Source: an uncultured delta proteobacterium
GTDB taxonomy: Bacteria; Desulfobacterota; Binatia; Binatales; Binataceae
DNA length: 64,000 nt
Reading direction: 5' to 3'
NCBI GenBank assembly: GCA_963724765.1
Contig: CAVRVY010000001.1
Location: 832,001-896,000 of the forward strand
This document shows, in pieces, positions 10,104-17,763 of this stretch (position 1 is its first letter; every line of letters starts with the position of its first letter). The notes below the pieces were generated by a model that ran no database searches, was not told where the DNA came from, and saw only the letters and a program-made list of their open reading frames with translations. The position numbers were made by a program, and so were the translations under genes.

Positions 10104-10141
10104 AGAGTTGGCAGCGGAAAAACTCATACAAGGAGACGCGG

Positions 10142-10609
10142 ATGGCCTTACAGGTGGGACAGCAGGCGCCCGACTTCACGATGAAGTCGAACAAGATGAA
10201 GGACGTGAAACTCTCGGAGTTGCGCGGCGACAAGGTGCTTTTGTTGTTCGTGCCACTGGCGTTCACCGGCACCTGAACCAAGGAATTCTGCAGCGTGCGT
10301 GACACGCTGGGAGAGTTCGAACAGCTCGGATGCAAGGTGTTCGGAATTTCCACTGACAGCCCGTTCGCGCTCGACTCGTGGGCGCGCGAGCAGAATTACC
10401 AGTTCCCGCTGCTCAGCGATTACAACAAAGAAGTGTCGCCAGCCTACGATTCGATGTACGCCGAGCTGCTGGGCTTCAAGGGCGTGTGCAAGCGTTCGGC
10501 TTACGTGATCGACGGCCAGGGCAAAATCCGCTACCGCGAAGTGCTCGAAGACGCGCGCCAGGTCCCGGACCTCGAAGCGATCAAGAAGTGTCTCAAGGAA
10601 ATCTCGTAG
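10142..10609 (+). CDS. Selenocysteine-containing peroxiredoxin (AhpE/PrxQ-like), 155 aa, Sec at codon 45
   Basis: AGGAG at 10131 precedes ATG 10142. Reads MALQVGQQAPDFT...LFVPLAFTGT[TGA 10274-10276]TKEFC...GISTDSPF...LLSDYN...KRSAYVID. The TGA sits exactly at the peroxidatic position of PxxxTxxC and is in frame with the downstream 104-aa ORF. Confidence 0.88.
10283..10318 (+). promoter_or_regulatory. Putative bacterial SECIS element
   Basis: Lower stem GAATTCT/AGAGTTC, upper stem CAGCGTG/CACGCTG. The apical loop CGTGA begins 21 nt after the TGA, with G in the second loop position followed by U. Confidence 0.75.
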
Positions 10610-10680
10610 CTTGTGCGAGCCGTCGGCGCGGATTCCGATCTGCACCGACGTTCGCCGTAAACCGGAGTGGCGCTTAGCGA

Positions 10681-11886
10681 ATGCCTAATACCCTCGATGG
10701 AATAGTCGCGGTCGACCTCACGCAGAACGTGGCCGGCCCATATTGCACCCAGCTCCTCGGCGACTTCGGCGCCACGGTGATCAAGATCGAACGCCCCGGA
10801 AGCGGCGACGATTCGCGCGGCTACGCTCCCGCATGGCATGGCGGCGGGGCCGAACCAGGCGACTCGACCGCGTTTTTAGCGTACAACCGCAATAAGAAGA
10901 GCGTGTGCGTCGATCTCGACCATCCGGCTGGAGCGGAGATCGTGCGCCGGCTCACCGCCAACGCGGACATCTTCGTGCATTCGCTCAAGCCCGGCAGCGC
11001 CGAGGCGCGCGGGCTGGGCTACGACGATCTGAAGGCGCACAACCCGAGGCTCATCTATGCCGCAATCAGCGGCTTTGGCGAGAGCGGTCCGATGCGCCTT
11101 CTGCCCGGCTACGATCCGCTCGGCCAGGCGCACTCGGGCGTGATCAGCGTGACCGGCCATCCCGGCGCGCCGCCGGCGCGAGTGGTTGTTCCTATTATCG
11201 ATATGGGCTCGGGGCTGTGGCTGTTCTCCGGAGTGCTCGCGGCGATCATCGAGCGCGGCAAGACCGGGCTCGGGGCGAAGGTCGGCGTGAGCCTGCTCGA
11301 AACCGGCGTCGCGTGGACCACGCTGCACATGAGCAACTACATGGCGACCGGCGAGGTGCCCGAGCGCACCGGCTCGGCGTCGCCCGCGGCGGCGCCTTAC
11401 GAGGCGTTCGAGACCGCGGAGGGATGGATCATGATCGCGGCTGGCAACGATCGTTTGTTCGGCCGGCTGTGCGAGCTGCTGGGTATTTCCGAGATCGCCG
11501 CGGACGATCGCTTCGGAAGCAACGCGGCGCGCGTGCCGCGGCGCGCCGAACTGCACGCAATTATCGAGGAGCGCACGCGGCGGCGTCCAACCGAACACTG
11601 GGTCGCGGCGCTGCGCGAGGTGGGCGTGCCGTGCAGCCCGATCAACCGGCTCGACCAGGTGCACGACGATCCGCAGGTCAATGCGACCGGCATGATCAAA
11701 CGAATCGAAGGCTTTCGCGTGCCGAATTTCGAGATCGTTGACGTCGCGGTCAACGTCAACGGCGAGAAGGCGGTGCTGCGCTCGATGGCGCCGCGGTTGG
11801 GCGAGCATACTGGCGAGGTGCTGCGCGCCGCCGGCTATACTGAGCGCGAAATCGCCGCGCTGCGCGCGGCCAAAACGATCGGTTAG
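10681..11886 (+). CDS. Class III CoA-transferase (CaiB/BaiF family)
   Basis: AGPYCTQLLGDFGATVIKIE, NRNKKS, ISGFGESGP, GYD, catalytic Asp in PIIDMG, PRLGEHT. Confidence 0.93.
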   Translation: MPNTLDGIVAVDLTQNVAGPYCTQLLGDFGATVIKIERPGSGDDSRGYAPAWHGGGAEPGDSTAFLAYNRNKKSVCVDLDHPAGAEIVRRLTANADIFVHSLKPGSAEARGLGYDDLKAHNPRLIYAAISGFGESGPMRLLPGYDPLGQAHSGVISVTGHPGAPPARVVVPIIDMGSGLWLFSGVLAAIIERGKTGLGAKVGVSLLETGVAWTTLHMSNYMATGEVPERTGSASPAAAPYEAFETAEGWIMIAAGNDRLFGRLCELLGISEIAADDRFGSNAARVPRRAELHAIIEERTRRRPTEHWVAALREVGVPCSPINRLDQVHDDPQVNATGMIKRIEGFRVPNFEIVDVAVNVNGEKAVLRSMAPRLGEHTGEVLRAAGYTEREIAALRAAKTIG

Positions 11887-12770
11887 CGAGAAGCGCCGGC
11901 GCCGAGATCGCCGGCGGCGAGCGCCGCGCTGGCCACGATAGTCAGCACGAACGCGCCCGCGCGCATCGCCGCTGCAAACGGGTCGTCCGGAAGCCGCTCG
12001 CCGAAGACGGCAATTCCGCCCGCGATCGGAATTACGTTGGAGATCGTGGAGGAGAGCGGCATCGCGATGATCCCGCGCCCCATCGCGAACGAGTTCTGCA
12101 GCATCACCAGCCCCGCCACGTTGGTTATGATCGTCAGATAGGTATAAGGGCTCACAAGCAGTACCACCAAGAGCGCGGCAAGGTCCGGGGTGCCGGCCAG
12201 GCGGTCGGCGAGCGGTTTGGTGTAGAGGCTGGCGAACCCCAGCGCGATCCCCGATGCGATCGCGGTGGCCGCGCCGTTTTGCCGCAGCCCTTGCGGGACC
12301 AACAGCGCCAGCGTGATCGCAACGGCAGCCACTGAGGTTATAGCGAGCGCGCCGACGTCGACCGGGCTTTGAAGCGCGCCCGCGTTGAGCGAACCGGCGA
12401 GCATAAGCGCAGCCACCAGGAACGTGGCAATCCCGAGCCATTCCCAGATCCGCGCGCGCTCGCCGAGGAAGATTACCGCGAGCACCACGAACAGCGCGAT
12501 CCCGCCCTGCATCGCCACCGCCATCATCGAAACCGGTGCGCTCGCGAGCGCGACCATGTACAAGGCATAGCCGGCAGCCTGCACCGCGAGTCCGCCGATC
12601 CATATCGGGTCGCGAATCCACGCGATCACCGCGCCGAGTGTGCCGCGCCCACGCGCCATCGGCAGCACGTCCGCGCGGACTTTCATCATCATCAATCCCA
12701 CCGCGAGCAGCAGGCTGGCGACGAGCCCGAGCGCGAGGCTCTGCACGAGCACGCCGCGCGCGCTAACCAT
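11883..12770 (-). CDS. DMT/EamA-like (NIPA Mg-transporter-like) membrane protein
   Basis: About 9-10 TM helices. P.WIGG, ALASAPVS, IFLGER and VFGERLP motifs. Start overlaps the hpnI stop; the alternative start is 12782. Confidence 0.7.
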   Translation of the reverse strand: MVSARGVLVQSLALGLVASLLLAVGLMMMKVRADVLPMARGRGTLGAVIAWIRDPIWIGGLAVQAAGYALYMVALASAPVSMMAVAMQGGIALFVVLAVIFLGERARIWEWLGIATFLVAALMLAGSLNAGALQSPVDVGALAITSVAAVAITLALLVPQGLRQNGAATAIASGIALGFASLYTKPLADRLAGTPDLAALLVVLLVSPYTYLTIITNVAGLVMLQNSFAMGRGIIAMPLSSTISNVIPIAGGIAVFGERLPDDPFAAAMRAGAFVLTIVASAALAAGDLGAGASR

Positions 12771-13923
12771 CGGTGATTTCACGCATCACGCCGTCACGCG
12801 AGATGGTGAAACGCCGCCCGCCCCACGCCACTTCATTGCCGACCAGGCTCGCGGCCCAGATCGCCGCCATCATCAGGTCCTTCAATGGCACCAGCCATAC
12901 GTCGCGCATCAACTCTGGCAGCTTGAGCGTGCGGGCGAGGATCAGCGCCGAGGTCGCCAGGCGCGCGGCGATCACGGCAGCGCAAACGGCGATCGCGGCG
13001 GGGCGACGGGTCACGGCCAGCATCAAGAGCGCCCACAAAGGTCCGTTGATCAGGATGGTGAGCAGGCTCAGCGGGCGCATCGTGCGGTAAGTTCGGGCCC
13101 AGCGCAGCTTGCGCTGCCAGAATTCGCCGAAGGTGCGCTCCTCGCAGGCCGAGGTGACGAGCGAGCGCGAGAGCCTGATCTCCCATCCGCTTTCGGCCAC
13201 CGCACGGCCCAGCTCGAAGTCGTCGGCGAGCTTGTCGCCGAGCGGGCGCATGCCGCCAGCGGCTTCCAGAGCCGTACGGCGCACCGCGATGGTCGCGCCG
13301 AAGGCATAGCGCAGAGGCTCGATCCCTACCGCCAGCATGACCATCGGCGCGAAGTCGGTGTTGATGAAGAGCGCGGCCAGACGCGAAGCGAACGTGCCGG
13401 TCGGCCGCGCGCGGTAGGCGCAGGTCACCATCCCTACGCGCTCGTCGGCGAAGAGTTCGCCGATGAGATGGTCCAGATGGCCACGTTCGACGGAGATATC
13501 GGCATCGCTGAGCACGAAGGCGTCGGCGCGCTCGGCCCGCTCGGCCATGCGGATGACCTTGGCGATCTTGCGGTTGGCGACGCCGGCTTCATCGCCGACG
13601 ATGAGCGTGATGCTGGCGTAAGGGTACTGTGAGCGGAGCGCGACCGGCGCCTCGGCGGCGCGATCCTCGTAGCCGGGGACGGCGAAGAAGAAGTCGGCGC
13701 GCGGATAGCCACTTTCGAGGTAACTGGTGAGGTTGGCGAGCAGGCTCGAAGTGAGCCCGGACAGTGGCTTCAGCACGGCGATGCGCGGCGGCGGCTTGGG
13801 GAGCGGGGGGGCTGGATCGGAGGCGTGCGCGGCAAAGCGCATCGCGGTCAGCAGCGAGGCTGCGTAGTAAACCAACGAACACACGACGCCGAGCGTCGCG
13901 AGCGACAGCAACACGGTAGTCAC
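12763..13923 (-). CDS. hpnI: Hopanoid glycosyltransferase HpnI (GT2/ceramide glucosyltransferase-like)
   Basis: VLKPLSG, ANRKI, SDADI, GATIA, LADDFELG and RWART motifs. Directly downstream of hpnJ. Confidence 0.85.
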   Translation of the reverse strand: MTTVLLSLATLGVVCSLVYYAASLLTAMRFAAHASDPAPPLPKPPPRIAVLKPLSGLTSSLLANLTSYLESGYPRADFFFAVPGYEDRAAEAPVALRSQYPYASITLIVGDEAGVANRKIAKVIRMAERAERADAFVLSDADISVERGHLDHLIGELFADERVGMVTCAYRARPTGTFASRLAALFINTDFAPMVMLAVGIEPLRYAFGATIAVRRTALEAAGGMRPLGDKLADDFELGRAVAESGWEIRLSRSLVTSACEERTFGEFWQRKLRWARTYRTMRPLSLLTILINGPLWALLMLAVTRRPAAIAVCAAVIAARLATSALILARTLKLPELMRDVWLVPLKDLMMAAIWAASLVGNEVAWGGRRFTISRDGVMREITDG

Positions 13924-14026
13924 GAGACGATCGTGGCGGCCGGCGGACGTGGCGGGGCACCGCTGCGCGGGCGGGCGGGCGCGTAACGCTCTGAGGCGAT
14001 AATTACCGCGCGCACGTGCGGCGCGG

Positions 14027-15481
14027 CTACGCCGAAACCTGCTCGGCCGTGGACGTCTGCGCGCGCCGCTGGCGCATCGTGGAGAGGAACTGTCCGCCCT
14101 CTTTGAGCAGCCGCTTGCATTCTTCGCGCGAACCCATCATCTTGCGCACCGCTTTGAATATGTAACGCGGGCGGAAGTAGAAGCTGCGGTAAAAGCGCTC
14201 GACCGCGCCATAAATTTCATCGTTACTCAGCCCCGGATATTTGATCGTGCACTTCTGGTAGCCGGACTCGTCGAGCAACGGATCGACCGCCAGATAGCCG
14301 TTCTTGACTACATAGTTGTAAAGCTCGGTCCCCGGATACGGCGAGGCCAGCGAGACCTGGATGGTTTCGCAATCCATCTCGCGCGCAAAGCGCATCGTTT
14401 CCTGGATCGTCTCGCGGGTCTCGCCGGGCAGGCCGAGGATGAATGTGCCATGGATCAGGATGCCGATTTCGTGGCAGTCGCGAGTGAAGCGCCGCGCGCG
14501 GTCGAGCCTGACGCCTTTCTTGATGTTCTTGAGAATCTGGTCGTTGCCGCTTTCATAGCCGACCACGAACAGACGCAGGCCTCCGTCCTTGAGCACCTTG
14601 AGGGTTTCGTAATCGACGTTGGCCCGCGAGTTGGTGGACCAGGTGATGCCGAGCGGCTTAATCAGTTGCGCAATCTTGCGCGCGCGCCCCGGATCGGCGG
14701 TAAACGTGTCGTCGTCGAAGAACAGCTCCTTCATCTTGGGGAACTTGCTTTTCATCGCGACCACTTCTTCATAAACGTTCTCGGGACTGCGCACGCGGTA
14801 GCGATGGCCTTGTGTGACCTGCGGCCACAGGCAAAAAGTGCAGCGTGCCGGACATCCGCGTCCCGTGTACATCGAGACGTACGGATATTGGCAATAGGGA
14901 CTGTTGTATTTCAGGTAGTCGAGATTGTTTTGGTAAACCTCGGTGACGAACGGCAGTTTGTCCAGCTCTTCATTGGTGAGCTGGGCACGGTCGGGGTTGT
15001 GATGAATCGCCCCGTTCTTGCGATAGGAGATTCCCCCGATCTTGCTCCAGTCCCAGCCCTGCGCCACCTCGACCATCGAGTGGTCGAATTCACGCCGCCC
15101 GGCGATATCGATAGCGGATGAAACCTTGAGCGTCTCGTCAGGCTGGGCCGTGGGATGGCCGCCGACGAAAGCGATGATGCAATCGGGATTGGCGGCTTTG
15201 ATCGCCTCGGCCGTGCGCGCGTCCATCCGCAGCGACGGAGTCGAGGTGTGCAGCACCACGAAGTCGTAGCTCTTGGCTTCGTCAACCGTGCGCTTGAGGT
15301 CGTAACCGTGGGGCGGAGCGTCCAGCAGGCGCGCTCCCGGAATCATCCCGGCCGGGTAGGCCAGCCAAGTCGGATACCAGAACGACCAGACCTCGCGCGT
15401 GGCCTGGTAGCGCGACCCCGCACCACCGTCAAAGTCCTCATAGGAGGGAGGATTGAGGAAAAGCGTCTTCATCACGTCCAT
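14027..15481 (-). CDS. hpnJ: Hopanoid biosynthesis radical SAM protein HpnJ
   Basis: KTLFLNPPSYEDFDGGAGSRYQATREV..FWYPTWLA N-terminus and the CPARCTFC (CxxxCxxC) cluster motif followed by LWPQ. Start may be 15472. Confidence 0.93.
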   Translation of the reverse strand: MDVMKTLFLNPPSYEDFDGGAGSRYQATREVWSFWYPTWLAYPAGMIPGARLLDAPPHGYDLKRTVDEAKSYDFVVLHTSTPSLRMDARTAEAIKAANPDCIIAFVGGHPTAQPDETLKVSSAIDIAGRREFDHSMVEVAQGWDWSKIGGISYRKNGAIHHNPDRAQLTNEELDKLPFVTEVYQNNLDYLKYNSPYCQYPYVSMYTGRGCPARCTFCLWPQVTQGHRYRVRSPENVYEEVVAMKSKFPKMKELFFDDDTFTADPGRARKIAQLIKPLGITWSTNSRANVDYETLKVLKDGGLRLFVVGYESGNDQILKNIKKGVRLDRARRFTRDCHEIGILIHGTFILGLPGETRETIQETMRFAREMDCETIQVSLASPYPGTELYNYVVKNGYLAVDPLLDESGYQKCTIKYPGLSNDEIYGAVERFYRSFYFRPRYIFKAVRKMMGSREECKRLLKEGGQFLSTMRQRRAQTSTAEQVSA

Positions 15482-15748
15482 ATTCTGGTCGTCTCCACGA
15501 GCCTGTCCGATTGGTTAGTGCGACTATACAAACCGCGCAGGGCACAGGCAAGATAGGTCGGCGCACGAATTGTTGGCGAAGACCTTGTCGGTCAAGCGCG
15601 CGCCCGCGCAAGCGGTGCGGCGCCCTGGGCCCGAAACAGGGCGGGCGACAGGAGCGGATCCGAATAGACCCAAGCGTCGAGCCTCCCCTCACGGGTCATG
15701 GGGCGGCAGTAATTGCCCGCTCGGCGCGCGCGCGATAGGTTGCCTGAA

Positions 15749-16228
15749 ATGCGAAGGACAGCAATTGCAATTGGAGGATTGATGCTGGCGCTGCTGGTGG
15801 CGCCGTCATTCGCGCGGAGCGACGAGTGGGAGCAGGTGCCGTCGGAGTCCGGCCAAGGCGCGGCTGCCGAGGGCAGCGGCGCGGCAAGGGCGCCGACGGG
15901 TGACAAGGGAGCGACGGGATGCATGATGGTGGGAGCGCTCGCCCAACAAGCGGCGAAGCAGCGTGACCAGGGAGTCAGCGAGCAATCCCAGCTTGCCAGC
16001 ATCGATCAGCCCAACGGCAAGCTTTACCAGCTCACGACCGGCAAAACGCTGTCGGCCGATACGGCAGGCACGCTGCGAACCCTGATACATCGCGATATCG
16101 CCTACGTCTATGAGCATCGCGAGATGACGCCCGCGCAGCTCGGCGCTCGTGCGCGCCAGACCTGCGGCAATCCCGAGAGTGGCGTCGAGCAGACTCCCGC
16201 TCCGGTTACCACCCCGTCACCCGGATGA
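15749..16228 (+). CDS. Secreted hypothetical protein (paralog 1)
   Basis: Signal peptide ending SFA. Shares DxWEQVPS, RDQGVSEQSQ, HRxxxYxYxH and two Cys with the next gene. Confidence 0.75.
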   Translation: MRRTAIAIGGLMLALLVAPSFARSDEWEQVPSESGQGAAAEGSGAARAPTGDKGATGCMMVGALAQQAAKQRDQGVSEQSQLASIDQPNGKLYQLTTGKTLSADTAGTLRTLIHRDIAYVYEHREMTPAQLGARARQTCGNPESGVEQTPAPVTTPSPG

Positions 16229-16252
16229 CTATGTGAGATACGTAAGACGGTC

Positions 16253-16735
16253 GTGAAACGCGTGACCAAGCGGATGATAGTCGCGGCATGCCTCACGGCG
16301 ATGCTGCTTGCGCCGCTCCTCAGCCGTGCTGACGACGACTGGGAACAGGTGCCCTCGAGCGGGGAGCAGGGCGGCAGCGATGTGGCGGTGCCGTCGGGCG
16401 GCGGCTCCGACGCTTCCGCGGTGGTAAATTTTCTCGTCGAGATGAGAGCAATCAGGGGCGACACCGGCAAGCCGTGCGAGGTCGTCGGAACCTACGCACA
16501 TCTGGCTGCGACCCTTCGCGACCAGGGCGTCTCCGAGCAGAGTCAGGAGCAGGATATCGACAACAACTTCGAGCGCGGCGCCGCCGAGCATCACGTTCCA
16601 AAGCCATGGATAAAGCCGATCGAGGTCGTGTTGCATCGTGAAGTAACCTACGCCTACGGGCATCCCGCGATGAGCGTCGACCAGGTCAAGTCGCACTGGG
16701 TCGGGATCTGCGAATCGCAGCGCAGCAGCGAATGA
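16253..16735 (+). CDS. Secreted hypothetical protein (paralog 2)
   Basis: Signal peptide ending SRA. Carries the same conserved motifs as the upstream gene. Confidence 0.75.
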   Translation: MKRVTKRMIVAACLTAMLLAPLLSRADDDWEQVPSSGEQGGSDVAVPSGGGSDASAVVNFLVEMRAIRGDTGKPCEVVGTYAHLAATLRDQGVSEQSQEQDIDNNFERGAAEHHVPKPWIKPIEVVLHREVTYAYGHPAMSVDQVKSHWVGICESQRSSE

Positions 16736-16764
16736 CAACGATCCCCTCTGCTCGGAAACTGCTC

Positions 16765-17763
16765 CTACGACGGCGCTTCGGCTGTCGCGCGCAGCGGGGG
16801 AGTTTCGGTCAGGACGAAGGCCACCACGCCGGTCAGATTGCCGAGCACGGTCGCCGCGAACCATAACAGCCCCAGCGCGATCGCGTCCGCCTTCGCCATC
16901 CCGGCCATCCCGAACAGCATCAGGTACGCCGTCTCGCGCACGCCCAATCCGTTAAGGGTCACCGGCAGGCTCGCGAACACGTTAGCGATCGGCACGCATA
17001 GCACGAACAACGTCAGCGGCGCCGACAGCCCAAGTCCGCGCGCCAGGATCCATTGACACACCGCAAGCGACAGTTGCAGCGCGATCGACAGCCCAATCGC
17101 CGGCATCATCGCGAGCGGCCGGTTGAGGTATGGCGCGATAGTCGCCGCGACACTGGCGATTCGCGCAGGCATCCGCGCCGCCAGCTTGCCGATGAGCGGC
17201 AGCGCGACGAAGCCGGCCAGCGAAATCCCGCCGACCGCGATCATTGGTAGCGTCACCGAGTGCGGCAACTTGACGCTCAGCGCTGCGGCCGCCGTGGCGG
17301 CCAACCAGAACAGCCCGATCAGACCCACGATACGGTCGGCCGCGACCGAGGCGATCGCGTCGGCCATCCGCTGATGGCGCCGGCCCAGATAGACCGCGCG
17401 CAAGGCGTCGCCACCGACCAACCCCGGCACGAAGACGTTGGTGAACATCCCGATGAAGGCGTAGCTCAGGTAGTCGATAAACGGTGCGGGGATTTTCAGG
17501 ATCGCGCCCAGCAGGCTCCATCGCCACGCCGACATTACCTGTCCGCCCACGTACAGTCCTATCGCTGTGAGAAAGAATGCGACCCGTTCGCGAGCGAGCT
17601 GATGGAGCACCGGGCGCACGTCGTAATGCCATAGCAGCAGCGTGACGATCACCAGTCCCGCGCCCACGCGCATCGCGAAACCGAGCACGGGATGGCTCTT
17701 GCGGGCGGGTGGCGATTCGGACGGTGGTGCGGGCGACGCGCCGATAGCCGCTTCAGCTTGCAT
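16765..17763 (-). CDS. Lysylphosphatidylglycerol synthase TM/UPF0104 flippase-like protein (AglD2/HpnL-like)
   Basis: AWRW, GMFTNVFVPGLVGGDALR, SVAADR and LPVTLNGLGVRE motifs. Start overlaps the upstream ArnT-like stop. Confidence 0.85.
   Translation of the reverse strand: MQAEAAIGASPAPPSESPPARKSHPVLGFAMRVGAGLVIVTLLLWHYDVRPVLHQLARERVAFFLTAIGLYVGGQVMSAWRWSLLGAILKIPAPFIDYLSYAFIGMFTNVFVPGLVGGDALRAVYLGRRHQRMADAIASVAADRIVGLIGLFWLAATAAAALSVKLPHSVTLPMIAVGGISLAGFVALPLIGKLAARMPARIASVAATIAPYLNRPLAMMPAIGLSIALQLSLAVCQWILARGLGLSAPLTLFVLCVPIANVFASLPVTLNGLGVRETAYLMLFGMAGMAKADAIALGLLWFAATVLGNLTGVVAFVLTETPPLRATAEAPS

Noticed and set aside
10295-10609. 104-aa ORF as a stand-alone gene, or the Prx as a nonsense pseudogene
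   Set aside because: It lacks the catalytic N-terminus. The upstream in-frame part has an RBS, and the TGA falls exactly on the catalytic residue with a SECIS-like hairpin, so recoding fits better.
10876-12621. Long 581-aa minus-strand ORF, and similar ones such as 24042-26048, 4846-5931 and 59777-61093
   Set aside because: These are shadow ORFs overlapping well-supported genes in high-GC DNA. They are Arg/Ala-rich with no recognisable motifs.
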